Part shown: one piece after another, positions 1 through 9,122 of the stretch
Layout of the letters: the number at the start of each line of letters is the position of its first letter
How positions within the stretch are numbered: position 1 is the first letter of the stretch
Assembly: GCA_963818475.1 (NCBI GenBank)
Contig: CAWFSF010000005.1
Span: 320,001-384,000 of the forward strand
DNA: 64,000 bases
Source of the DNA: Nitrospirota bacterium
GTDB taxonomy: Bacteria > Nitrospirota > UBA9217
Direction: 5' to 3'
Made by a program: the position numbers and the translations under genes
Notes under the pieces: generated by a model
What the model saw: the letters and a program-made list of their open reading frames with translations, nothing else
What the model was told of the DNA's origin: nothing
Database searches by the model: none

Positions 1-750
1 GCCCGGGACGCCATGCCGCGCGGCGGCGTGCTGTCGGTCATCACCGAGAGCATCATGATCGACGAGAGTTTCATAAGGGCCCACGGGTACGGGAAAGTGG
101 GGCACTATGTCCTGATCTCGGTCTCGGACACGGGGCAGGGCATGGACCGGGAAATACAGAAACGGATCTTCGATCCCTTCTTTACGACCAAGGAGGTCGG
201 CAAGGGAACCGGCCTCGGCCTCGCCATCGTTTATGGCATCATCAAGCAGCACAACGGATTCATCAACGTGTACAGCGAACCGGATGCAGGAACGACCTTC
301 AAACTGTACTTCCCGCTGCTCGGCGCGGCTGTTGAGGAACCGGCCAACCTGACGCACCATGAATCCAGGAACGGTTCGGCTATGATCCTTGTTGCGGAGG
401 ATGATGCGGACGTGCGGCAGCTGACGCGGACGGTCCTGGAAAATTTCGGCTATACCGTCATAGAGGCCATGGATGGAGACGATGCCGTTCAGCAGTTCAC
501 CAGCCATCAGGACATGATCCAGCTCCTGCTGCTGGACGTTATCATGCCCCGAAAGAACGGCAAGGAAGTCTGCGAAGAGATCAGAAAGATCAAACCCGAT
601 GTTAAAGTGATCTTCACCAGCGGATATCCCTCCGACGTGATCCGCCAAAAAGGTGTGCTCGACGAAACGGATCTATTCCTGTTCAAGCCGGCCTCGCCCC
701 GTGAGACCTTGCGCATGGTGCAGGACGCGCTGCTTCCCGCCCACTGCTGA
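1..750 (+). CDS. Hybrid sensor histidine kinase/response regulator, C-terminal part (HATPase_c + receiver); 5' end outside window
   Basis: G1/F/G2 boxes ([20 protein letters not shown]) followed by a receiver domain (ILVAEDD...LLLDVIMP...FTSGY...KP). Confidence 0.93.
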   Translation, partial: ARDAMPRGGVLSVITESIMIDESFIRAHGYGKVGHYVLISVSDTGQGMDREIQKRIFDPFFTTKEVGKGTGLGLAIVYGIIKQHNGFINVYSEPDAGTTFKLYFPLLGAAVEEPANLTHHESRNGSAMILVAEDDADVRQLTRTVLENFGYTVIEAMDGDDAVQQFTSHQDMIQLLLLDVIMPRKNGKEVCEEIRKIKPDVKVIFTSGYPSDVIRQKGVLDETDLFLFKPASPRETLRMVQDALLPAHC

Positions 751-869
751 TCACCTTCCCGACGAGCGCCCACAAGGGGGAATAAGACCGAGGTTGCTTT
801 TACCCTCGAGATTCAGAGCTATTTTCTGTTATCACTATGTGAAGATTTTTGTAATACGAATCCGACGTG

Positions 870-1502
870 CTACTTCACGGCGATGATCAGAAAGACCGGG
901 AAGGACCTGCTGCCACCTCCCGCGACCTCCCTCTTCATAGTTGCTGCAGTGGTATCACGAATGGAAGTAAATCCCGCATTCCTGAGCAGTCCCCCGAGAT
1001 ACTGCCGGTCAAAACCCAAATGGCGGACGCCGGTATTATCTCCATGAAATGAGCCGTCCTCAGTATCGAGGTCGGCCACTGCCAGCACTCCTCCCGGCAG
1101 CAACAATTCATGCCATTGCTTGAAAAGCCGCGCCGTATCCTGCACATGGTGAAGCGTCATGCTGCTCACGACCAGGTGGAACTTCCCCTCCACTGCTCCG
1201 CCCTGCTCAAGGTCCAGCAGACGGGTCTGCACGTTCGTGAGATGCTGCCTTACGGTCTTTGCTTGGAGCATGCCGAGCATCCCTGACGAACTGTCCGCTC
1301 CGATAATGGTCCTGACCAGCGGCTGGAGCCGGAGCGTCACCAGGCCGGTCCCGCATCCATAATCAAGGGCGTCCATCGCGGACGAAGGCCGCACCTCCCT
1401 GATGATCGCATCAACCACATCATTGGCAAGCTTGACCCGCCCCGGATTCTCGTCCCAGGCAGCCGCCTCTTTATCGAAATCTTTTTTTTCTTCAGCTTTC
1501 AC
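870..1502 (-). CDS. Class I SAM-dependent methyltransferase
   Basis: Motif I LDYGCGTG, ADSSSGML, SSMTLHHV, LLPGG. Confidence 0.9.
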   Translation of the reverse strand: MKAEEKKDFDKEAAAWDENPGRVKLANDVVDAIIREVRPSSAMDALDYGCGTGLVTLRLQPLVRTIIGADSSSGMLGMLQAKTVRQHLTNVQTRLLDLEQGGAVEGKFHLVVSSMTLHHVQDTARLFKQWHELLLPGGVLAVADLDTEDGSFHGDNTGVRHLGFDRQYLGGLLRNAGFTSIRDTTAATMKREVAGGGSRSFPVFLIIAVK

Positions 1503-1554
1503 GATGACCTCATCTTTCTTTGACTGCCGCGGGTTTTATCCTATGACTAGGTCC

Positions 1555-2208
1555 TCATTTGCTGTCGCTCCCTGGTTTCCCGGAGACGAGCGCTTTGCGA
1601 AGCGTCATCTTGGCACCGAATTTTTTCCGGAAAGCTGCGGCCTCTTTTTCATATTCGTCCAGGATCTGGATCCTGCTCACCTCAAAAAATTCATCGCGGT
1701 AATACGTGATGGTGCCGAGATATACGGCCTTGTCGCTTTTCCGGATATCGACCTTGTACCCGGACGGCAATATCGCCTTCTCCATACCGCTTCGGTGAAG
1801 GTCCATCATAATCTCGGACCTGTTCACATAGACAGGCCCGTCATTCTTGATACGCGCGTAGAACGTCTCTCCTATGGGTGCTTCAATTCTTCCCCGGTAA
1901 TCGCTGATTTTAGGATCATTTATGGTTTGCAGCTTCTTACCGGTCAGCAGAACAACCTTGTCCTTGTAACGACTCGCTGAGGGATTGACCATGAGGCCGC
2001 CGGAAGTTGCTTTTACCGTTTTCAAAGACTGCTCGATATCATCCAGAGGCGGTGAAATAACGATTTTGCAGACCACGATCGTTTCACCGGGTTCGACCGA
2101 GCTCGCGCGAGTAGCAAGGGGCTGCGATCGTCCCATGCATCCAGCAAAAAAGGAGAATAACGTTAAAAACAGGACAAGCCGCAGGGGAGCGCCAGATGGA
2201 TTTTTCAT
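1555..2208 (-). CDS. Hypothetical lipoprotein
   Basis: Lipobox FAGC after a hydrophobic leader; overlaps upstream gene stop by 4 bp. Confidence 0.7.
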   Translation of the reverse strand: MKNPSGAPLRLVLFLTLFSFFAGCMGRSQPLATRASSVEPGETIVVCKIVISPPLDDIEQSLKTVKATSGGLMVNPSASRYKDKVVLLTGKKLQTINDPKISDYRGRIEAPIGETFYARIKNDGPVYVNRSEIMMDLHRSGMEKAILPSGYKVDIRKSDKAVYLGTITYYRDEFFEVSRIQILDEYEKEAAAFRKKFGAKMTLRKALVSGKPGSDSK

Positions 2209-2744
2209 TTTAGCGCCTCAATTCTTTTTTTGATCAGCGTTTCCCACTGCGTGCCTGTACTGTAGGGAAGAAGCCTCGTCAGGACCTCTTTTTCCGTCGG
2301 TTCCTTGATCTGCTCTATGGTAAAGGACGGTTTCCAGAAGGTGCCGGTCTCCACATACTTGTATGCCCCCATGTAATACAGGCCCGCCTTCGTGATGACC
2401 ATGGCCGTTTCGTTTTTTGAGAAATCCGGAAGGTTGTAATTGGCCGACATGTTCTTCCAGTAACTGTGGCCTCCGAAGCCGACCAACTGATATGAACCGG
2501 GTATAAGCTGGTCGAACCAGAACATATTATCGACGCCTTTAGCCGTGTGGTAAGGGTTGTCCCCCTTGGGCTTTGGTTTATACTGCCTGATATTGACGTA
2601 ATCCGCATTTGTCGGTGCGTCATCCATGTCAAAGTAGCCATACACAAGAGATCCTTTCACATCTGCAGGATTGCGCATATGCGCGCCGCAGCCTGAGAGA
2701 AAAAGGACGCCGACAAACGCAACAAACCAGAGACTTCTTTTCAT
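2205..2744 (-). CDS. Hypothetical lipoprotein
   Basis: Lipobox LSGC; purine-rich RBS upstream. Confidence 0.75.
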   Translation of the reverse strand: MKRSLWFVAFVGVLFLSGCGAHMRNPADVKGSLVYGYFDMDDAPTNADYVNIRQYKPKPKGDNPYHTAKGVDNMFWFDQLIPGSYQLVGFGGHSYWKNMSANYNLPDFSKNETAMVITKAGLYYMGAYKYVETGTFWKPSFTIEQIKEPTEKEVLTRLLPYSTGTQWETLIKKRIEALK

Positions 2745-3171
2745 AATTGTCCCCCCCTTTTGTTTTGATAAACCACATGATTTTCAATTCCGTGCATTGA
2801 TCCGTATGATAAATGTTTTCAAGCGAAATAGATCAAGCAGGACCTCAGTGCGTTGGGCTGCGGAAAGCATGACTGTTAGATTATATTCATTTAGGAAAGC
2901 ATGCGTTACAAGGAAGAGAATACTAAAAAGCGGATTTCATAGCAAGAAAATAAACGGGAAAGACTCTAAATAGGCGCGCGTACGCACCCCAAACTTCTTC
3001 TCAATGCGGATTGACACCTCAAAATTGTTTTTTTTCATGGCCAAATATTGACCATGGTGTAAAAATGCTTACCAACAGAGCTGTTCGGCAGCATACGAAG
3101 AGAAGGGCTGGCACAGCGCAATTAAGGATATGAGCATGCCGATCATGACTCGAATTCGATAACTCACGACA

Positions 3172-3813
3172 TCACCTCCTTGACTGCCCCTCTACCGTCT
3201 CCGAGTGCAGAAGGCCTTCGATCTGCCGGTCCTGTTCTCTCGACAGCCCGAGCATGGCAACGACAGATCCAATAAAGCACATGAACATGTCCCATTGCGT
3301 GTCCCAGGAATCACCCTGCGTACCCAGGAAGTCATCAGCTTTCTGGCCCAGGGCCACGGCAGCGGCCCATTCGATCAACTCGTACCAGGCGCTGACTGCC
3401 AGGGCAAAGCAAATCGCCAGGAAAGAGGCCATGCGCCGGTTTGATACATACCCGAGGCGAAGAAGAAGTTCCCGCGCAAGGAGCGATGGCACAAGTCCTT
3501 GAAAAAAGTGTCCGAGCCGGTCATAGTGGTTACGGCTAAGATGAAACAAGTCTGCAAACCAGAACCCGAGAGGTACGCGCGCATAGGTGTATGCCCCGCC
3601 CGTGATCAGTATAATTGCGTGAAGAAAAATGAAAAAGTAAATGAGCGGCGTCAGGGTAAGTCGACGATACGTGAGGACCAGAATAGGTACGACAATCAGG
3701 ATCGGCGCCACTTCCATGAACCAGGTGGCTCGATCGTATGGATGAACTGCAGTGGCAATGAGTAAGCCACAGAGGATTACGAGAAAAATCATTTGGGTTC
3801 GTTCACGAGGCAT
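3172..3813 (-). CDS. DUF2238 (YjdF-like) inner membrane protein
   Basis: Motifs W.ME, GG.YTYARVPLG, RNHYDRLGHF, YELIEW, FLGTQGD.WDTQWDM. Confidence 0.88.
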   Translation of the reverse strand: MPRERTQMIFLVILCGLLIATAVHPYDRATWFMEVAPILIVVPILVLTYRRLTLTPLIYFFIFLHAIILITGGAYTYARVPLGFWFADLFHLSRNHYDRLGHFFQGLVPSLLARELLLRLGYVSNRRMASFLAICFALAVSAWYELIEWAAAVALGQKADDFLGTQGDSWDTQWDMFMCFIGSVVAMLGLSREQDRQIEGLLHSETVEGQSRR

Positions 3814-3886
3814 TGTTATTAATTCCTTTCATAAGAACCGCAGCTCACGCTATAACCTCAGGCAATCTCATTTTTTTATCGGCGAA

Positions 3887-4489
3887 TTACTTCGACGAGT
3901 AATTCTGAGAGAGCATCGCGCCCGGAGATACTACCGCCTCCTCGAATGGTACCTTGTTGCCGTATCGTTCTTGCATTTTGGCTTTCACATTTGGATCCGT
4001 AAGATCAAATTCTCGAAGTTTTTGAAGTCTTCCTATCTGGATTCCGAGGGCGTTGTAATAGATCTTCCATACCAATTCAGAACAGTAAATGCGGTCATCA
4101 GCCCACTCAAAGGTGAGATCGTAAGGTTTGCCCTCATACTTTATAGCTGCGCGTACAAGCCTCGTCACGGCGTCAAGTGTTAATAATCGGTCCGCATTCC
4201 GCAAGCGTTTGACTACATAATGCCCATCTTCGCCGCGAGCAATCCACTTTTTTAATGGGGTGTACCGCACCGTTTTGACGGCTTCGTACACATATGGGCT
4301 GCCATCCCGAATAAAGATGATGCCCATGTGGCTGTACTTCGAGTTCGTTGCCTTCTGAATAGTGATACTTTGAGCGGATTTTGAAGTATGAAAGACAATA
4401 TCGCCATCTCGAAGCCGTTCTCCCATCGAGTTTTGACACCCTAATGCCACAAGAAGAATAATTGGCACGAACAAAAGTATTTTCCGCAT
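3887..4489 (-). CDS. YiiX-family permuted papain-like (NlpC/P60) enzyme, probable lipoprotein
   Basis: GDIVF, SKYSHMG, GKPYD..F.W, YCSELVWK; likely start MRKILL with LGC lipobox. Confidence 0.88.
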   Translation of the reverse strand: MRKILLFVPIILLVALGCQNSMGERLRDGDIVFHTSKSAQSITIQKATNSKYSHMGIIFIRDGSPYVYEAVKTVRYTPLKKWIARGEDGHYVVKRLRNADRLLTLDAVTRLVRAAIKYEGKPYDLTFEWADDRIYCSELVWKIYYNALGIQIGRLQKLREFDLTDPNVKAKMQERYGNKVPFEEAVVSPGAMLSQNYSSK

Positions 4490-4550
4490 TAATTCCCCGT
4501 TAAATTTGGAGATGTCCTCGTGTCCATTTGGCAAGGTTTCCATGATATTT

Positions 4551-5366
4551 TCATCGTCCGGCTGAGTCACTGTTTCCTTGAATGAAGTCCGTGATCTCTT
4601 TCCACCAAGCCAAGGTCACCATCCCTTGCCAATCGTTATGACCTGCGCCTTTTATTATGTACATTTTTGCGGTTACCGGCAGTGATCGGAATAGTGCCTG
4701 TGCGTGCGGTATCGGGATCACCTCGTCCCGCTCAGCTCCAATTATTGCAATTCGTCCCTGATACTTTTTAAGGTTTCCTATTGAGTCATATTTATCCCGT
4801 AAAAATATTCGCACCGGGACCCAGGGAAGTTTTTCACTGGCTACAGAAAGAAGCGTATCCCAGGGAGTGATAAGTATGATTCCATCGATCTTAACGGGCG
4901 AATCCTTTGCAGCTGCAGCTGCAACGCCGCAGCCGAGAGATTCTCCAAAAATAAATATCGGGCCTCCGAATTTCTCTGAAACTAAGCGCAGGGTTTCCTT
5001 CGCGTCGTGCACAAACGTCTCTTCTCCCAGCTCTCCCTTCCGCCCTCCATAACCGGGATATTCCGCGAGTATCACGCGGTAGCCGAGATTGGTTAATGCT
5101 CTCACATAATATGCCCTGTCCGAGGCAGTGCCTGCATTTCCATGGAAAATTATGATCGTTCCTTTTGCCTCATTGGCTGCGGGATTACCAATGAAGCCAC
5201 GATAATCGTTTGGGTCAGTAGGCCAGAATTGCATGTTGTAAGATGAAAGGAAAGTTTGTGAGGGCAAATAGGTACTCGGGTAATAAAGCATGTTTCTTTG
5301 GAGATTACAACCGTAAAGGGTCAGAACTAAAAGTAAGAGAATTATGCGAGTGATGGTTTTGGACAT
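4551..5366 (-). CDS. Alpha/beta hydrolase (ABHD-like), probable lipoprotein
   Basis: FHGNAG, EYPGYG, nucleophile elbow GESLG, D...IP, GAGHND. Confidence 0.9.
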   Translation of the reverse strand: MSKTITRIILLLLVLTLYGCNLQRNMLYYPSTYLPSQTFLSSYNMQFWPTDPNDYRGFIGNPAANEAKGTIIIFHGNAGTASDRAYYVRALTNLGYRVILAEYPGYGGRKGELGEETFVHDAKETLRLVSEKFGGPIFIFGESLGCGVAAAAAKDSPVKIDGIILITPWDTLLSVASEKLPWVPVRIFLRDKYDSIGNLKKYQGRIAIIGAERDEVIPIPHAQALFRSLPVTAKMYIIKGAGHNDWQGMVTLAWWKEITDFIQGNSDSAGR

Positions 5367-5375
5367 ATGCTCCTT

Positions 5376-5422
5376 ACAAAACGAGTTGAGCGGTTTTTAT
5401 CGGGTCGAGCGGCCCGTTAGCG
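5376..5422 (-). mobile_element. Degenerate attC-like site
   Basis: Minus strand CGCTAAC GGGCCGCTCGACCCG...CGCTCAACTC GTTTTGT just before the RBS/ATG of the 4551..5366 gene; pairing is poor. Confidence 0.35.
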
Positions 5423-5502
5423 TCGATCGAGTCTTCTCTAAAAAAGCTGCCGTTTCAACAACGTGGGACATGGCGAGTAAATGGCCAGCATTGCTAACAA
5501 TA

Positions 5503-5739
5503 TCACAGCCGTTCACCGGACACAAGAGCCACCATGCCGCCAAGCGAAGAGCCGCCAACAACATCGTTTTCGTTTATTGAATTATCTGATATAACTCGCC
5601 GGGCTACTTCTGCATAGGTTTTTTCGCCACGATAGTCAGGCCAATTGATGAAGCTAATCTCGAACCCAACCGTGTGCCGAAGCGCGTTGTACATTGATGC
5701 CGATGCGCCCATTCCGGGGAGGATAATCCATTTGCTCAT
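5503..5739 (-). pseudogene. Truncated alpha/beta hydrolase (N-terminal fragment)
   Basis: LPGMGA...GGSSLGGMVAL, then the frame ends just after the nucleophile elbow. Confidence 0.65.
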
Positions 5740-5758
5740 CGATTAGGCTCACTTTCAA

Positions 5759-5817
5759 AAATAACACGCGGGTGAGCCGCGTGCTCCTTAGCGACGGATT
5801 CGACGCACCTGTTAAAT
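5759..5817 (-). mobile_element. Integron attC site
   Basis: Minus strand ATTTAAC AGGTGCGTCGAATCCGTCGC...CACGCGGCTCACCCGCGT GTTATTT; AAC...GTT bounded imperfect palindrome between co-oriented genes; arm nearly identical to 15148..15205. Confidence 0.7.
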
Positions 5818-5876
5818 TCTACCAAAGACTAGCTCCACAGTCCTTAGGAGTTGGCAACCTTTCGTGTGATTTTCAT

Positions 5877-6755
5877 TTATGGGGCGCTTGGCCGAATGCC
5901 TACAACCCTTGGTTCAAATAGTTTACCATAATAAAGCCTAATTTTGTACGAGGGCTCATCTTTATGCGTATCTGAGGATGAATATACTGTAGTTACGCGA
6001 TGTCCGGCCTTTGTAATGATGTCTTCCAGTTCGGTGCTCATCGGTATCGGAACGTGCACTTCAGAAATTAGGATTTCGTTGATGTACCCTTCAAGCTTAG
6101 GCAATCCTTTATTATCACTGCCATATGGCTTGGCAAACTGAAGCCTGACCTTCGCGGCCATGATGATGAAATGACTGCGGTCTGGATATTGTAGCCGAAG
6201 TTTTACAGGATCCTTGCCCACGTCAACAGCGAATAATCGTGAACGGGTTTTCAGCATGCGCTCATATTCTTCTTTGGCTTCTTTCAAATCCTTATCAGTG
6301 GCAGTGCCATTCTTATGTCTTTCTGCTACGGCCGAAAGGCTGAGCCGTTCCTGCTTGACCAGTTCATCCCATGTTTTTCCATCATACTCCAGCACTACAT
6401 ATGCTTTCCGTGGCAGCAACTTTTCATAATGAATCGCTGCATTAGTATCTGCAAGCGGCACAGAACAATCAAAGCCTGCTTCCTCGAGTTTAGCTTTATC
6501 GAACCAGTCATACTGAGACTCACCGCTCTTTCCCAGGAGGAATCTTCCATAAAAAGGATATTGATTCCAGATCAACCTCAACGAAATCCCGGTATTTTCT
6601 CTTTTTTCCTGATAGACGTCGAGCGGCAATTCCCGCTCGGTAAGTTCGACGACGGCATCAGGTTCGCCCGAACGATTGAGTATTACGCTTGCAAGGACAA
6701 TGATATTAACCAGCACAAGCAGAGCGATAGCGATATAAAGTCCGTACTTTCTCAT
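5877..6755 (-). CDS. DUF4824-like membrane-anchored protein
   Basis: N-terminal TM then NRSGEP...ELTERELP, SRLFAVDVG; start overlaps the DUF2157 stop. Confidence 0.72.
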   Translation of the reverse strand: MRKYGLYIAIALLVLVNIIVLASVILNRSGEPDAVVELTERELPLDVYQEKRENTGISLRLIWNQYPFYGRFLLGKSGESQYDWFDKAKLEEAGFDCSVPLADTNAAIHYEKLLPRKAYVVLEYDGKTWDELVKQERLSLSAVAERHKNGTATDKDLKEAKEEYERMLKTRSRLFAVDVGKDPVKLRLQYPDRSHFIIMAAKVRLQFAKPYGSDNKGLPKLEGYINEILISEVHVPIPMSTELEDIITKAGHRVTTVYSSSDTHKDEPSYKIRLYYGKLFEPRVVGIRPSAP

Positions 6756-7807
6756 GCTGCCACCTCCCGGTTGAGCGTCCGCAGCCGCTTCAGCATGATC
6801 AGGAGCAGGATGGCAACAAGTCCGATAAGGAGAAAGAAAAGATATTTCGGCATCCATTCCCACCACCAGTCATAGAATTTAGTATAGAGAAATATCGCAA
6901 AAAAAGTGCTGCCCAGGTTCGTGAGTCCCGTCCATTGGCGCGCAATACCCAGCCAGATAACGAGCCCGGAGGTAATGAAGCCCGCGATCTGGTAAAGGTA
7001 CTGCACGTGTTTGTGCGAAAGTGATAAGTAACTAATGTGGCCCCAGTTCGCGAGAATGAGCATTGAGATGAAGACTGCCAGTAAACCAAATACTCGATAG
7101 TGCGGCGGGAATTCATAAAAGGAGCGATGAGGGATGAAAGATATGGCGAAGAGAATAAGACCGGCTGCGATAAAATTCTCAGGCCGCTCGCCAAAATTTA
7201 ACCAATAACAACCGCTCCAGGTCCCGACAGTCGCCGATAGATACCCGGTAAGTGCAATGATTCCTGCCACGAGTAGTATTCTAAGACCATAGGTGTATGC
7301 CAGGATAAAAGCAAATAGCGCCCATGCAAGAAAGGCATTCTGTGACGGTGTGATGTTGAATATTTGGCCCAGCACACTCAGATTCAATACAAAGCAAGCG
7401 AACGCCACAAGGCCAATAATTGCGGAGAAGTAGAGGGTCTTCTCCTTTCGCGCTGCGACTTCAACGCCGAGTGCGGCAATCATGGGCGCGATGACGAGGA
7501 TAGCGACCTGAGATGGCGTGGAAATGAACCCCCAGATACGGTAAAAGAAGAAAAACATTGCCGCTGATATGGCTGCGGCGCCTAGAAATGAAATGATCCG
7601 CATACCCATAGACACCTGCCTCTGGGCGCTCGTTGTATCTATGTCGAATTGTCCAGCTAGCAAGCGGAGCATGTCATCGTGGTATTCGAAGAGATGACGC
7701 CGCTGGTCCTGGGGCAGAGAGAGGATTTTTTCCTTTTCCAGCGTTGTTAATTCAGCCTGAAAAGCACGAATGCGATCAGCCCGTTGCTGCGCTTGTTCCT
7801 TATGCAT
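6752..7807 (-). CDS. DUF2157-domain multi-pass membrane protein
   Basis: AQQRADRIRAF N-terminus, many TM segments, TKFYDWWWEWMPKYLFF C-terminus. Confidence 0.78.
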   Translation of the reverse strand: MHKEQAQQRADRIRAFQAELTTLEKEKILSLPQDQRRHLFEYHDDMLRLLAGQFDIDTTSAQRQVSMGMRIISFLGAAAISAAMFFFFYRIWGFISTPSQVAILVIAPMIAALGVEVAARKEKTLYFSAIIGLVAFACFVLNLSVLGQIFNITPSQNAFLAWALFAFILAYTYGLRILLVAGIIALTGYLSATVGTWSGCYWLNFGERPENFIAAGLILFAISFIPHRSFYEFPPHYRVFGLLAVFISMLILANWGHISYLSLSHKHVQYLYQIAGFITSGLVIWLGIARQWTGLTNLGSTFFAIFLYTKFYDWWWEWMPKYLFFLLIGLVAILLLIMLKRLRTLNREVAA

Positions 7808-7913
7808 AATCCTCCTGTGGCCCATCTCACGATATTGATATACTGCTTATTTCTGCTTTACCAACCACCTGCGATTTTACTTTTCGAAACGCCTGGTAAG
7901 CAGGAACGATGCG

Positions 7914-9122
7914 TCAGTCCGCGCTTACTCTTTGACGGCTTCGATGAACCATAATGCCCATTGCTGACGCCAGAATTATAAGACCAAAACCCACTACCGA
8001 ACGAGTAATGGGGACCCCTGAGGCATTCGCCAGAGAGTATCCGCCGAGGAACAGCAGCATGGCAAGGTTCTCCAAAAAGTTTTGAACTGCCAGAGCATTA
8101 CCCGCACCCACGGATTTATGTCCCGTTTCCTGCAGCAGGGCGTTGAGCGGAACCACGAACACGCCGCCGCAGAATCCGACCAGGACCATCAGGAGAGCGG
8201 CAGTCGTTAGATCGTTCACCGATGCCAGCGCAAAGATAACCGGGCCCAGAAGCACGCCGCCGATCAGCGCCCGGTTCGTGGTTTCCAGAGAGATCCAGAT
8301 TCCGGCGGCAGCGGCCCCGAGAACGATTCCGAGAGATACGATGCCCATCAAGCTCGCCGGCATCTGCGTATTTGTCACCGATAATGCTACCGGTACCCAG
8401 GCAAACAACAGCAGGCGCAATGTTACGCCACTACCCCAAAAGAGACTTGTGCCGAACAGGCTGAAGCGGGCATCCGGATCAGAAAACAGGGTCCTCAAAG
8501 AAGTAATAAAGTTCGGGATCAGCAGATGCGGACGAAAAGCGGTCATTGGCCGCTCCGAATCCAGACGCGGAATAAACAAGTTCGCACCTGCAGCCAGAGT
8601 ATAGGAAGCGATCACGCCCAGGAACGCCAGGTGTAGTGAATGATCGGTCAGCCAGCCGCCCAAAAGGACTCCCAGAAGAATGGCCACGATCGTGGAACCT
8701 TCCAGCATACCATTGGCCCGAACCAGGCGGCCGTGACTTACCAGTTGCGACAGGATGCCATACTTCGCCGGTGAATAAATCGTAGCGCCTATTCCGATCA
8801 AACTGTAAGCAATGAAGGGGTTGGGCACCGTTGCCATGACCAGAGCTCCCGTCAGCTTCAGCAAATTGGCAAACAGCATTACCCTCCCCTTCGGGTATCC
8901 GTCGGCGATAGGACCGGCAAATGGCGCCAGCAATATGAAAGGGAACACGAAGGCTGCCTGCAGGAAAGGTATCTGGTGGCCGTCGCCATTGGACCTGACC
9001 AAAGCAATGGCGAGAATCAGTACCGCGTTGTCCGCAAGGGCGGAAAAGAACTGGGCTGAAAGTACTGCCAGCATTCCAGGCGAAAGCAGTGAATGGTCCT
9101 GTTTTCCCGTGGTCGTTGTCAT
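7914..9122 (-). CDS. lplT: Lysophospholipid transporter LplT (MFS)
   Basis: AQFFSALADN, YSPAKYGIL, VVPLNALLQ, AVQNF.EN; coupled to aas. Confidence 0.92.
   Translation of the reverse strand: MTTTTGKQDHSLLSPGMLAVLSAQFFSALADNAVLILAIALVRSNGDGHQIPFLQAAFVFPFILLAPFAGPIADGYPKGRVMLFANLLKLTGALVMATVPNPFIAYSLIGIGATIYSPAKYGILSQLVSHGRLVRANGMLEGSTIVAILLGVLLGGWLTDHSLHLAFLGVIASYTLAAGANLFIPRLDSERPMTAFRPHLLIPNFITSLRTLFSDPDARFSLFGTSLFWGSGVTLRLLLFAWVPVALSVTNTQMPASLMGIVSLGIVLGAAAAGIWISLETTNRALIGGVLLGPVIFALASVNDLTTAALLMVLVGFCGGVFVVPLNALLQETGHKSVGAGNALAVQNFLENLAMLLFLGGYSLANASGVPITRSVVGFGLIILASAMGIMVHRSRQRVSAD

Noticed and set aside
3849-3905. attC between YiiX and DUF2238
   Set aside because: Only a GTTATAG half-site on the minus strand, with no matching AAC arm
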